DNA of 64,000 nt from an uncultured Prevotella sp. (GTDB lineage: Bacteria; Bacteroidota; Bacteroidia; Bacteroidales; Bacteroidaceae): positions 47,822-111,821 of the forward strand of contig CAYSSU010000002.1 of NCBI GenBank assembly GCA_964433895.1, read 5' to 3'. This document shows positions 37,967-47,473 of this stretch, piece after piece (within the stretch, counting starts at the first letter, position 1; each line of letters opens with the position of its first letter). The notes under the pieces were generated by a model, which made no database searches, was not told the origin of the DNA, and was given only the letters and a program-made list of their open reading frames with translations. A program made the translations under genes and the position numbers.

Positions 37967-38830
37967 TTATAGCTTAATCATCTGCAGAGTGTACAGGTAT
38001 ATCACAGCAGCAGGAATTGCCATCAGCGAAGAGTCAAATCTGTCGAGCATACCGCCGTGTCCGGGTAATATCTTTCCACTGTCTTTTATTCCCAATGTGC
38101 GCTTGAACAGGCTTTCCACCAAGTCTCCCCATGTACCGAAAAATACTACTGTCAGCCCAAGTCCCATCCATTCAACAATGTTAAGACTTGACGGCAATAC
38201 TTCATTTCCGTTGGTATAATATCCTATAAGTGCTGCAACTACCAATACCAATAAACCTCCGCCTATGCTACCTTCCCAACTTTTCCCCGGACTTATCCGT
38301 GGAAATAGTTTGTGCTTGCCTAAAAGAGAGCCGGTGCAGTAAGCTCCGGCATCGTTAATCCACAGAAATACAAAAACACTTAGAGGTAGCAGCATATCAA
38401 ATCTAATCCCCGTGCCGTCTTCAGCCAATTCAAATGCCAGAACGTTGAGCATTGAGAAGGGTAGGGCTATATACATCTGCCCCAGCATGGTGTAAGCCCA
38501 GTCGTTCACGGCATCCTCCTGTTTCAGATACAGTTCACTAATAAACAGATATACTATTGTGAGCAGATATGGAACAAATATTATGAAGTTGCTTGAAATG
38601 CCCATGCGGAATGCTGCTACAGCCAGAAAGAAATATACGCCGGCAACAGTGGATATAAGTCTGTTTACATGAACGCCTTTGCGACTGTTTGCCAATCCCA
38701 CGTATTCCCATATCGTCATGCCGGTGATAAGTGCGAACAGAGGTACCATCCCGTGTGGTGACATCATTCCTGTAACCATAATGGCTACGAATATCACGCT
38801 TGTTATTGTTCTGGTTATAAGATTCTTCAT
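37967..38830 (-). CDS. cdsA: Phosphatidate cytidylyltransferase
   Basis: 287 aa polytopic protein. Signature SLFKRTLGIKDSGKILPGHGGMLDRFDS. Confidence 0.93.
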   Translation of the reverse strand: MKNLITRTITSVIFVAIMVTGMMSPHGMVPLFALITGMTIWEYVGLANSRKGVHVNRLISTVAGVYFFLAVAAFRMGISSNFIIFVPYLLTIVYLFISELYLKQEDAVNDWAYTMLGQMYIALPFSMLNVLAFELAEDGTGIRFDMLLPLSVFVFLWINDAGAYCTGSLLGKHKLFPRISPGKSWEGSIGGGLLVLVVAALIGYYTNGNEVLPSSLNIVEWMGLGLTVVFFGTWGDLVESLFKRTLGIKDSGKILPGHGGMLDRFDSSLMAIPAAVIYLYTLQMIKL

Positions 38831-38856
38831 ATATTCAAGTCTTCACTTTTCAGTAT

Positions 38857-40917
38857 TCAACCTTCATTCTCTTCAGTGTCTGCCTGTGAGCGCTGATGTT
38901 CTTCTTCAGCCTTTTTCACCTCTTCCGGCATATCTTCCAGTTTCGGCGCATTGGCTTCATTTTCATTAATAATCTCTTGAGCTCGGCTCACCCATGGACG
39001 TTTTCCGAATATGCGTTCAACATCTACGGCATAAATTACTTCTTTGTCTATCAGTAATTGTGCCAGTTCGTTATGTCCTTCCTTGTGTTCGTCTAGGATT
39101 TTCTTGGCACGGGCATATTCATCGTTTATCATTTTCAGAACTTCATCGTCAATCACTTTGGCAGTGGTTTCAGAGTAAGGTTTCTGGAACTGATACTCAT
39201 TGTTGTTATAATAACAGATGTTAGGCAGTCTGTCGCTCATTCCGGCGTATGCAATCATACCGTATGCGCTCTTCGTAGCTCTTTCCAAATCGTTCATTGC
39301 TCCGGTAGATATATGACCGGTGAACAGTTCTTCTGCAGCTCTTCCGCCCAGCAGAGAACACATTTCATCAAGCATCTGCTCTTTTGTGGTAATCTGTCTT
39401 TCTTCAGGCAGATACCATGCTGCTCCAAGAGCCTGTCCGCGAGGTACAATGCTTACCTTAACCAGAGGATTGGCATATTGGCAGAACCAACTTATTGTAG
39501 CGTGTCCTGCTTCATGCAGGGCTATAGACTTCTTTTCGGCAATCGTCATAACCTTGGTCTTCTTTTCCAGTCCACCTATTATACGGTCTACGGCATTCAG
39601 AAAGTCATGCTTGCCTACGGTCTTGCTGTCGTGTCTGGCAGCAATCAGTGCAGCCTCATTGCAAACGTTTGCAATGTCAGCGCCGCTGAATCCCGGAGTT
39701 TGTCTTGCCAAGAAGTCAATATCCAATGACTTGTCTATCTTCAATGGTCTTATATGTACCTTGAATATGGCTTTGCGTTCTGTCAAGTCAGGCAGGTCTA
39801 CGTTAATCTGTCTGTCAAATCGTCCTGCACGTAACAGGGCTTTGTCCAACATGTCGGCACGGTTGGTTGCAGCCAACACTATTACACCGCTGTTTGTTCC
39901 GAAGCCGTCCATTTCAGTGAGCAATGCGTTCAGAGTATTTTCTCGTTCGTCGTTTCCGCCCATAGCAGGATTTTTGCTTCTTGCTCTTCCCACAGCATCA
40001 ATTTCATCTATGAAAATTATGCATGGAGATTTCTCCTTAGCCTGGCGGAACACATCGCGAACGCGGCTTGCGCCAACACCAACGAACATTTCCACAAAGT
40101 CACTTCCACTCATCGAGAAGAATGGTACTCCTGCTTCACCTGCCACAGCTTTGGCAAGTAGGGTCTTTCCTGTTCCCGGAGGTCCCACTAAAAGTGCGCC
40201 CTTAGGAATTTTTCCACCCAAATCAGTATATTTTTTTGGATTCTTCAGAAATTCTACTATTTCCTCAACCTCCTGCTTGGCACCTTCTTGTCCGGCTACA
40301 TCTTTGAATGTGATGCCCAGGTCGTTGCCTTTTTCATACATTTTGGCTTTGCTCTTGCCAACGCTGAAGATACCTCCACCGCCGCTGGTGCCACCACCGC
40401 CGCCACCCATGCGGCGCATTATTACAATCCAGAAAATTACCAGAATGATAAGAGAGCCCCATGAGAACATAAAGTTCCACAAGTCGAATCCTTTTCCGTT
40501 ATCATAGCTGAAATCAGCTACCTTACCGTGTTTCTGTTCGTATGTGAGATATTTCTCCAGTTCATCCACGCTTCCAAATTCCACGCTCACGTAAGGTTTT
40601 TTACCCACTTGCTTAGCGTTCATGTGGAATACATCCTGCACGTGTTCGGGCTTGACATACATTTTCAGGGTGTTCTTGTCCTTGTTCACCTCTACGTTGC
40701 TGGCATATCCCTTTTCCACGTATTGTTTGAACTTTGTATAAGTGGCTTCCTGATTTGCTCCTCCACCGGTGGCAAGCATATCTCCTCCACCGGAAAACAA
40801 TATCACGCCCAATAATATCAGCACCATTATATAGAGCCAATTCATATTGAACTTCGGCATCTTAGGATCGTTGCCGCCTTTCCCGAATGGATTTTGTCTG
40901 TTGTTGTTATTGTCCAT
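38857..40917 (-). CDS. ftsH: ATP-dependent zinc metalloprotease FtsH
   Basis: 686 aa. Walker A GPPGTGKT, Walker B IIFIDEIDA, SRH, zinc site HEAGHA. Confidence 0.97.
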   Translation of the reverse strand: MDNNNNRQNPFGKGGNDPKMPKFNMNWLYIMVLILLGVILFSGGGDMLATGGGANQEATYTKFKQYVEKGYASNVEVNKDKNTLKMYVKPEHVQDVFHMNAKQVGKKPYVSVEFGSVDELEKYLTYEQKHGKVADFSYDNGKGFDLWNFMFSWGSLIILVIFWIVIMRRMGGGGGGTSGGGGIFSVGKSKAKMYEKGNDLGITFKDVAGQEGAKQEVEEIVEFLKNPKKYTDLGGKIPKGALLVGPPGTGKTLLAKAVAGEAGVPFFSMSGSDFVEMFVGVGASRVRDVFRQAKEKSPCIIFIDEIDAVGRARSKNPAMGGNDERENTLNALLTEMDGFGTNSGVIVLAATNRADMLDKALLRAGRFDRQINVDLPDLTERKAIFKVHIRPLKIDKSLDIDFLARQTPGFSGADIANVCNEAALIAARHDSKTVGKHDFLNAVDRIIGGLEKKTKVMTIAEKKSIALHEAGHATISWFCQYANPLVKVSIVPRGQALGAAWYLPEERQITTKEQMLDEMCSLLGGRAAEELFTGHISTGAMNDLERATKSAYGMIAYAGMSDRLPNICYYNNNEYQFQKPYSETTAKVIDDEVLKMINDEYARAKKILDEHKEGHNELAQLLIDKEVIYAVDVERIFGKRPWVSRAQEIINENEANAPKLEDMPEEVKKAEEEHQRSQADTEENEG

Positions 40918-40967
40918 AGTTAACTATTGATGTTTACCTTGTTATAAGGCAAACGGTATGCCATAAA

Positions 40968-41330
40968 TTAATCCAGATTAGGAATCTTTGTGAGACTGGC
41001 ATCTTCCCACAGTGTTTCCAGATTGTAATATTCTCTAGCTTCGGGCTGAAATATATGTACCATTACGTCTCCGTAGTCCATAGCTACCCATTGATCTGTG
41101 CCAAGTCCGGCAACATTCAATGGCTTTTCCTTGTTTTCTATACGTGCTGTGTCGCCAACAGATTCTGTTATAGCCTCTACTTGTGCCGGAGAATAGCCCT
41201 GACATATAACGAAGTATTTGGCTATTGCACCTTCAATGCCTGTAAGGTTCACGATTATTATGTTTTCACCCTTTTTTTCCTGTATACCTTTTGTTATGGT
41301 ATTTACCAGATTTTCAGTTTCTTTCATCAA
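40968..41330 (-). CDS. rsfS: Ribosome silencing factor RsfS
   Basis: 120 aa. YFVICQGYSPAQV...WVAMDYGDVMVHIF...REYYNLE. Confidence 0.9.
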   Translation of the reverse strand: MMKETENLVNTITKGIQEKKGENIIIVNLTGIEGAIAKYFVICQGYSPAQVEAITESVGDTARIENKEKPLNVAGLGTDQWVAMDYGDVMVHIFQPEAREYYNLETLWEDASLTKIPNLD

Positions 41331-41346
41331 TTATTATTTTAAGGTA

Positions 41347-41354
41347 CAAAGATA
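41347..41354 (-). promoter_or_regulatory. -7 promoter box TATCTTTG for rsfS-ftsH-cdsA
   Basis: Lies 16 nt upstream of ATG 41330 on the minus strand. Confidence 0.55.
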
Positions 41355-41414
41355 AGGTAAACTTATGAAATATCAAAATAAAAAACACTTTTTATAATTC
41401 AGAAAAGCATCACT

Positions 41415-41422
41415 TATTTTTG
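41415..41422 (+). promoter_or_regulatory. -7 box TATTTTTG directly in front of repeat module 1 (no CDS downstream)
   Basis: Lies 8 nt upstream of GTCTAAAGGC (41431). The next 640 nt contain no ORF of 60 aa or more and end at the terminator at 42044-42070. Confidence 0.45.
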
Positions 41423-41850
41423 TACTAGGAGTCTAAAGGCTTTGTACTGTCTGTATATAGCATAAATACTGTGAGTATTCAGCATAAATACAATGAGTAC
41501 ACAGCCTTTGTACAGATTATGTTTGACTTGGACCGATTTTGGTATACACTAATTAATACTTGTTACCTAATCTCTTTACAGATTGTGGAAAGAATTCCTA
41601 AATTCTGTGACATGGTTTTTTCTTAATTCTGTATAGATTATAATTTTCATTTATCAGCGCAGATATACATATTTTCCATAATAAAGTTGTAAACAGATTT
41701 TGATTATCTTCGTTTTTGAAGCAGAAAATGTAATCTTTTTAAGCCATTATATTGATAAATCAAAAAAAATGGAGCAAAAATGCACCTTAAATAGGACCTA
41801 ATATGTAAAAAAACACTATAAAAGTAGTGAAAAACGTCATTTTTTGGCAT

Positions 41851-41937
41851 TAATCTGTCATCTGTCATAGTATCTGTCATAGGCTGTAATGCCTATAAAC
41901 ACTGGGGAAGCGAGGTGATTTATGACAGATGACAGAT
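41851..41937. repeat. Hairpin with 17-bp perfect inverted arms ATCTGTCATCTGTCATA / TATGACAGATGACAGAT
   Basis: Arms are at 41853-41869 and 41921-41937. The spacer carries an extra GTATCTGTCATA and a 6-bp sub-hairpin ATAGGC/GCCTAT. Confidence 0.9.
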
Positions 41938-42043
41938 GAAAATGAAAAAAAACACTGATAGTGTTTCCATAACTTACCCCAAAATTTTAACTTAATTGGT
42001 AAACGAAAAAATGTATTTAAATCAGAATTTAGATAACAAAAAA

Positions 42044-42070
42044 AGCCTACTGAAATTCAGTAGGCTTTTT
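42044..42070. terminator. Bidirectional intrinsic terminator
   Basis: AGCCTACTGA-AAT-TCAGTAGGCT, a 10-bp stem flanked by A7 and T5. It lies immediately 3' of tRNA-Gln (minus strand) and downstream of repeat copy B (plus strand). Confidence 0.8.
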
Positions 42071-42071
42071 G

Positions 42072-42142
42072 TTGGGATACTCGGACTCGAACCAAGAATG
42101 GCAGGACCAGAATCTGCAGTGTTACCATTACACCATATCCCA
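42072..42142 (-). tRNA. tRNA-Gln (anticodon CUG)
   Basis: Folds manually into a 71-nt cloverleaf. Acceptor TGGGATA/TATCCCA, D-stem GTGT/ACAC, anticodon loop TTCTGGT, T-arm CTTGG-TTCGAGT-CCGAG. There is one A31-C39 mismatch at the base of the anticodon stem. No encoded CCA. Confidence 0.88.
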
Positions 42143-42249
42143 AAATTACATCCGCAACCCCTTGTTGCTTGATTGCGGATGCAAAGGTAGTAACTTTTTT
42201 GAAACTACCAAAATTTTGCAGAACTTTTTTTTCTGAAAACTCTGCTTTT

Positions 42250-43971
42250 TTATTTGTTTTGTGCGTCTATAGCTTTGATTTTCTGTTTCACCAGTTCCAA
42301 ATCATCTTTCAACTTCTGTACCTTCCGGTTCATCTCGTCTATCAAACTGTTGCCTTTTTTGCTGCTGGCATTTAAGAACCCGAGATTGTTTTCGTATGTG
42401 GTGATGTCTGATTTCAGACCTTCATAGCGGTGCATAAGTCTACTACGCTCATTATCCATAGCATCTTCACCCTTGCGTGCCACATTCTTCAAGTTGTTTT
42501 TGAAGTTGTCAAGTCGCTTGCGTGCCACTGCTATATGAAGTTCGTCATACAGTTTGTCTAGAATATCGTGATATTCTTTGTAGATATTGTCTTTGTCACG
42601 GAATGGCACATGTCCGATTTTATTATATTCATCTGTTAGAGCCATTACCTTGTCCTGTAAATCTTCTGATTTTTCTTCAAAAAGAGATTTCAACTGTGCC
42701 AAGATATCCTTTTTCTTCTTCAGGTTGTCATGTTCCTGATTACGGGTTCCGGCTCCGGCTGTGTTGCGGGCTTCAAAGAATTTGTTGCATGCTGTGAGGA
42801 AGTTAGTCCAAAGTTCATCACCATATTTCTTAGGAACAGTGCCTATTGTTTTCCATTCTTTTTGCAGAGCGATGAGCTTGTCGGTGGTAGACTTCCAGTC
42901 TGTGCTGTCCTGCAAAGCCTGAGCTTGTTCAACAAGAGACTGCTTCTTTTCTGCATTTTTTGCAAACTGTTCTTTTAAGGTCTTGTAAAACTCAGCTTTC
43001 TTTCCGAAGAAATCATCACATGCAGCGCGAAAACGCTCGAAAATCTTAACATTCATTTTTTGTGGAGCAAATCCAATCTTCTTCCATTCAGCCTGAATGT
43101 CAATTATAAGTTTGGTATGCTTTTCCCAATCAGAAGAGCCATTGTTGTCTTCTTTGGCAATGGCCTCTGCCTGCTCGCAAAGTGTTGTCTTTTTTGTAAG
43201 ATTATCCTCTTCACGTGCGCGAAGGTCTTCGAAATGTTGTTGATGACGCTTGTTGATTACGGTGCTGGCATCCTTGAATCGAGTCCAGATGCTTTCACGC
43301 ATATCTTTTGCCACAGGGCCGGTTTCGCGATATTGCTGATGCAAGTCCTGAAGTTGATGAAAAGCACTGATGATATCATTTTCGTCAGCGAGTTTTTCGG
43401 CAGACTCACATAATTTAGTCTTTATCTCAAGATTTTTCTTGAAGTCATATTCTCTGGCTTCACGGTTGAGGTTGAGCAAGTCATAGAATTCTTCAACATA
43501 CAACTGGTAGTTGCGCCACAGTTCATTGGCTTTGTCGGCAGGAACAGCCTTTATTTCTTTCCACTGCAGTTGCAGTTCCTTGAAATCATTATAGCATTTG
43601 TTGGCTTCTTCGGGAGAAGTAGCCATAGCCTTAATCTTTTCAATGATATCAAGTTTCTTCTGCAGGTTTTCCTGTTTTTCAGCTTCCTGCTCAAGGAAAA
43701 GTTTTGCTCGGCGTTCTTTGATAACGCTCATCTCAGCCTTGAAGATTTCTTCCTCTTCATCAGGTGTTACGACATACTTTTCGGGTTCGCCACCTGCTTC
43801 GAGGTAAGCTTTCTGCTGGGCTTCACGCTCTGCAAGATGAATCTTGTAGAATGTTGTTTTAAGATGGTCTAATTCATCTTTGCCAGGATTTTCATTGTTA
43901 CCGACAATCTCTTTAAGACGCTCGATAACTTCTTGCTTAGTTTTGTAAACTTTCTCTTGAGAGTCCATCAT
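42250..43971 (-). CDS. DUF349 repeat protein
   Basis: 573 aa, highly charged and helical. Five or more repeats of the ...W(K/R)..G.....ELW..F..A.D.FF... unit (LWRNYQLYVEEFY, IWTRFKDAS, IFERFRAACDDFF, LWTNFLTACNKFF). Confidence 0.75.
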   Translation of the reverse strand: MMDSQEKVYKTKQEVIERLKEIVGNNENPGKDELDHLKTTFYKIHLAEREAQQKAYLEAGGEPEKYVVTPDEEEEIFKAEMSVIKERRAKLFLEQEAEKQENLQKKLDIIEKIKAMATSPEEANKCYNDFKELQLQWKEIKAVPADKANELWRNYQLYVEEFYDLLNLNREAREYDFKKNLEIKTKLCESAEKLADENDIISAFHQLQDLHQQYRETGPVAKDMRESIWTRFKDASTVINKRHQQHFEDLRAREEDNLTKKTTLCEQAEAIAKEDNNGSSDWEKHTKLIIDIQAEWKKIGFAPQKMNVKIFERFRAACDDFFGKKAEFYKTLKEQFAKNAEKKQSLVEQAQALQDSTDWKSTTDKLIALQKEWKTIGTVPKKYGDELWTNFLTACNKFFEARNTAGAGTRNQEHDNLKKKKDILAQLKSLFEEKSEDLQDKVMALTDEYNKIGHVPFRDKDNIYKEYHDILDKLYDELHIAVARKRLDNFKNNLKNVARKGEDAMDNERSRLMHRYEGLKSDITTYENNLGFLNASSKKGNSLIDEMNRKVQKLKDDLELVKQKIKAIDAQNK

Positions 43972-44038
43972 TTCACTATTTTAGTTTATGATTCGTTTTT
44001 CATTGTCTGTTTTACGGACAAACAATCATTATAGCGTG

Positions 44039-44046
44039 CAAACTTA
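44039..44046 (-). promoter_or_regulatory. -7 promoter box TAAGTTTG
   Basis: Lies 67 nt upstream of ATG 43971 on the minus strand. Confidence 0.45.
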
Positions 44047-44198
44047 AATAAAAAAAACGTAATCTCCTAATTTTTATTGGTTTTTTTTGAAAAGGATAGC
44101 TTTTTTATATCAGTATTTTTTTTGCAGATTGCAACAATTTTTAGTTTAAAGGCGTCTAAGGTTTGTATAAGTTTGAAAAATAATAAATTTTAGATGAT

Positions 44199-46526
44199 AT
44201 GAAGAAAACATTTCTTTTGATGACTTTTTTGCTATTAGCTGTATCTCTGACGGCTTCTACATTAAAAGGTCATGCGGTGAATGAAAAAGGTGAATCCGTG
44301 GGATTTGCAACGTTGGTTGTTATGGATGGAACCAAGCAGGTTACAGGTATGGCGGCAAATGACAAGGGTATATTTGAACTGGATATACCTGACGGAAGTT
44401 ATACTCTGCAATTGAGTTATGTTGGTATGAAGAATGCTTTGAAAATGGTTACGGTGTCGGGACATACCAATGTAGGTGATATTATAATGGAGGAAGATGC
44501 CTCTGAATTGAAAGAGGTGGTGGTGAAAGGCTCTACGATAATACGCAAGGCTGACAAAAAACTGTTGATTCCTACTGACCGACAGATAAAACAGTCTAAA
44601 GACGGAGTCGATTTGGTTAAGAATCTTCAGATACCTTCTGTGACAATAAATCCTATAGATGATGAGATAAAACTGGCTGATAACGGGAAACTGGACCTGA
44701 GAATAAATGGTCGTCCTGTTTCTTCACGTGACATAAAGGCTCTGGATCCCAAGACTATTGTGAGAGTGGAACATCATGATGACCCTTCAATGAGATATGG
44801 TGATGCTAAGGCGGTGTTGGACTTTATAGTGAAGCTGCCTCAGAGTGGAGGTCAGGCTTCGGTTGAGTTGCAGCAGTCGCCTATAACATGGGGCTTCACT
44901 AATGTGAATGCCAGTGTGAAACTGAACGTGAAGAAATCTGAGTTTTCTTTCTGGTCTTGGTTTGGACCTCGTACTGGATTTGAACAATGGCGTGACAATA
45001 CTGAAAATTATACTAATCCTGACGGTAGTACATATAATCGTATTGAAACCGGTGTGCCGTCTCGTGTCATAATGATACAGCATTATAATCAGTTTGGATA
45101 TAATTTTACTGATCCTGGAAAGCAGTTGTTCTCTGCCCAAATAAAGATGGAGATATTCGGTACGCCTGTGAGCGAATATGAAGGTACATTATATAATGAT
45201 ATGACAAAACGTGTAATTGGAGTAAAAGACAATCAGCATAGCCGAAGTTTCTCTCCTACATTGGATTTGTATTACCAGCGCAATTTCGGTGAAAACCGCC
45301 TTCTGATGTTTAATGTTGTGGGGAGTTATACTAATTCTAATTCACGCAGACACTATGAAGAGGATGAACTGGATGATGCTCAAGCTAAATCGGTGTCACA
45401 GATAGCAGATATCTATACTTCCATAAAAGGTGACAGTTATGGTCTGGTTGCTGAAGCTGACTATGAACAGACTTGGAACCAATCTCGTATGACGTTAGGT
45501 GCCAGTCATAGCAACTCATGGAGTAATAGTGACTATCTGACAACTGATTACCATGACAAGATGCGCAATGGTAAAACTGATATCTTTGCTGAATATTGGT
45601 ATAAGGTGAATGAAAAATTCAGTGTTACTGCCGGATTAGGTGGCTGTTGGCTTACATCTCATGTCATTGATGGTGGAAAGACTTCTGCTTTTTTTCTCCG
45701 TCCACGGCTTACGGCAAAATATAATAGTGGTCCATCTTCTATGACATTATCTTATAGAATTGAGGGTACTAATCCTTCGGTTACGGATGTTGGTACTGAA
45801 CTCCAGACAATAGATAATTATCAGTCGTACATAGGTAATCCTAACGTGAAGGCTTTCCGCACGCATAAAGTGAGATTTGACTATGAGTTTACCAAAGGTA
45901 TATTATATAATAAGTTATCGGTCATGTATAATCATTCCGTGAATCCTATAATGGACGAGAAATACTGGTATAATAATGAATATATCATTAATACAGTGGA
46001 TAATCAGAAAAGACTACAGGAACTTATGTTTGCTTATGATGCTCAGATAAACGTGATTAAAAACTGGCTTACTGTGTCCGGTGAAATAGTATGGCACAGA
46101 GTGTGGTCTGTAGGTAATGACTATCTGCATGTACGCAATTTTATGTCTGGCAATGGTGAAATACAGTTGACTCACTGGAACTTTACTCTATCGGCTGATT
46201 TGCAGACTTGTTATAAATCAATGTGGGGAGAAACTGTGACAGGACGAGAGAATTATCATGCTCTGCAATTGCAGTATCGATTGAAACAACTTAGCTTCGG
46301 ACTAGGAATGCTGAATCCTTTCTGGGACAAATATAAGTATAAGATACCTTCAGAAAATCTCAACAAATATGCCGGATATAACCGTGAAACTCATTTCGAT
46401 GTTGCCAGCAGAATGTTTTTCGTGTCTTTGTCTTGGAATGTAGACTGGGGTCGCAAACACCAGGCTGACGCAAAGCGGATAAACAACGAAGGTACATCCG
46501 AAAAGGTCAGCGCTGCAGGTAAATAA
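44199..46526 (+). CDS. Outer-membrane beta-barrel / TonB-dependent-receptor-like protein with N-terminal carboxypeptidase-regulatory-like domain
   Basis: 775 aa with a signal peptide. CarboxypepD_reg-like LKGHAVNEKGESVGFATLVVMDG...YTLQLSYVGM, a plug-like segment, then a long Tyr/Asn/Gly-rich barrel. Confidence 0.75.
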   Translation: MKKTFLLMTFLLLAVSLTASTLKGHAVNEKGESVGFATLVVMDGTKQVTGMAANDKGIFELDIPDGSYTLQLSYVGMKNALKMVTVSGHTNVGDIIMEEDASELKEVVVKGSTIIRKADKKLLIPTDRQIKQSKDGVDLVKNLQIPSVTINPIDDEIKLADNGKLDLRINGRPVSSRDIKALDPKTIVRVEHHDDPSMRYGDAKAVLDFIVKLPQSGGQASVELQQSPITWGFTNVNASVKLNVKKSEFSFWSWFGPRTGFEQWRDNTENYTNPDGSTYNRIETGVPSRVIMIQHYNQFGYNFTDPGKQLFSAQIKMEIFGTPVSEYEGTLYNDMTKRVIGVKDNQHSRSFSPTLDLYYQRNFGENRLLMFNVVGSYTNSNSRRHYEEDELDDAQAKSVSQIADIYTSIKGDSYGLVAEADYEQTWNQSRMTLGASHSNSWSNSDYLTTDYHDKMRNGKTDIFAEYWYKVNEKFSVTAGLGGCWLTSHVIDGGKTSAFFLRPRLTAKYNSGPSSMTLSYRIEGTNPSVTDVGTELQTIDNYQSYIGNPNVKAFRTHKVRFDYEFTKGILYNKLSVMYNHSVNPIMDEKYWYNNEYIINTVDNQKRLQELMFAYDAQINVIKNWLTVSGEIVWHRVWSVGNDYLHVRNFMSGNGEIQLTHWNFTLSADLQTCYKSMWGETVTGRENYHALQLQYRLKQLSFGLGMLNPFWDKYKYKIPSENLNKYAGYNRETHFDVASRMFFVSLSWNVDWGRKHQADAKRINNEGTSEKVSAAGK

Positions 46527-46543
46527 TTAATAATGTGATGGTC

Positions 46544-47470
46544 TTATAGAAGTCGCTTGTATCGGAGTATCCACCATGATAATCCTGATACAACGACTGA
46601 TATAACCATGGCAATTATGAATCCCCATGGACTACTCTCCATACCGTTTATAAGGTTCATTCCGAACATGGAGGCAATGAGAGTTGGGAACATCATGATG
46701 ATACTCACACTGGTGAGAGTACGCATGGTCGTGTTCATATTGTTGTTGATGATACTGGAATATGTGTCCATAGTGCTCTCCAGAATATCGGAGTAAATGG
46801 ATGTTGTTTCGCGGGCCTGAGTCATCTCAATACTTACATCTTCAATAAGGTCAGCGTCAAGTTCATCTACCTGTAGTTTGAACTTAAGTTTCTGTAGCAG
46901 ATTCTCGTTGCCACGAATTGATGTGATAAAGAATGTAAGGGAATCTTGTAGTCGGCTAAGCCCGATAAGACTCTCGTTGTTGACTCCTTGGTCAAGATTG
47001 TGCTTTGCTTTTTCTATGAGCGAGTTAATCTGCTTGAGTCGCTTCAGATACCACACGGCACTGGATAGGAAGAGACGGAAAATAAGATCAACATAATCTG
47101 TGAATCCTTCGCGTCGCTTCTGTTGATAAGATACGAAATCTATCATCATGTTGGTTTCGTAATAACATACAGTGATAGTGACATCACGCTTGTGAATGAT
47201 GCCGAGAGGTACTGTGGTGTAAGGTGTGCGTGAGCGTACTTCCTTGACGTATGGTATACGTAGTATTATGAGCATCCAACCGTCATCGTATTCATAACGT
47301 GCCCGCTCATCAGTATCGCTGATGTCAGACAAGAAGTAATCTGGTATGTGGAATGTATCTTCCAGAAATTCCTGATCTTCGTTCGTAGGGCATGTTACCT
47401 GCACCCAGCAATTTGGCTGCCACTCCTTGAGGGCGCTCAAATTCTCGCTAATATTCCAAAATGTTCTCAT
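46544..47470 (-). CDS. corA: CorA family magnesium/cobalt transporter
   Basis: 308 aa. Two C-terminal TM segments with the GMN signature (ASMFGMNL). Confidence 0.9.
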   Translation of the reverse strand: MRTFWNISENLSALKEWQPNCWVQVTCPTNEDQEFLEDTFHIPDYFLSDISDTDERARYEYDDGWMLIILRIPYVKEVRSRTPYTTVPLGIIHKRDVTITVCYYETNMMIDFVSYQQKRREGFTDYVDLIFRLFLSSAVWYLKRLKQINSLIEKAKHNLDQGVNNESLIGLSRLQDSLTFFITSIRGNENLLQKLKFKLQVDELDADLIEDVSIEMTQARETTSIYSDILESTMDTYSSIINNNMNTTMRTLTSVSIIMMFPTLIASMFGMNLINGMESSPWGFIIAMVISVVVSGLSWWILRYKRLL

Positions 47471-47473
47471 ATT

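Larger units (their letters stand above)
41415..41968 (+). repeat. Composite non-coding element, copy B (inverted homolog of 1875-2280)
   Basis: Module 1 is at 41431-41509 and module 2 at 41761-41968. They have the same order and relative orientation as the reverse complement of copy A. The spacer between modules is about 250 bp here and about 90 bp in A. Confidence 0.85.

Noticed and set aside
39320-40507. A 395-aa plus-strand ORF, the longest unassigned ORF in the track.
   Set aside because: It lies entirely antisense to ftsH, whose Walker A/B and HEAGH motifs are unambiguous. The product is Ser/Pro/Ala-rich low-complexity with no motifs. No TAnnTTTG box precedes it. It is a typical shadow ORF.
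2281-41414. The 39-kb segment between the inverted elements considered as a mobile or genomic island.
   Set aside because: Its content is essential and core (dxs, dnaG, alaS, ftsH, cdsA, cysK...). There is no integrase, conjugation or phage gene. Only the 1.9-kb ATPase/DUF4435 pair looks accessory.
42072-42142. tRNA-Gln considered as an integration site for a mobile element, given that repeat copy B is adjacent.
   Set aside because: I found no direct repeat of the tRNA 3' end elsewhere in the window and there is no integrase nearby. Copy A is not next to a tRNA.
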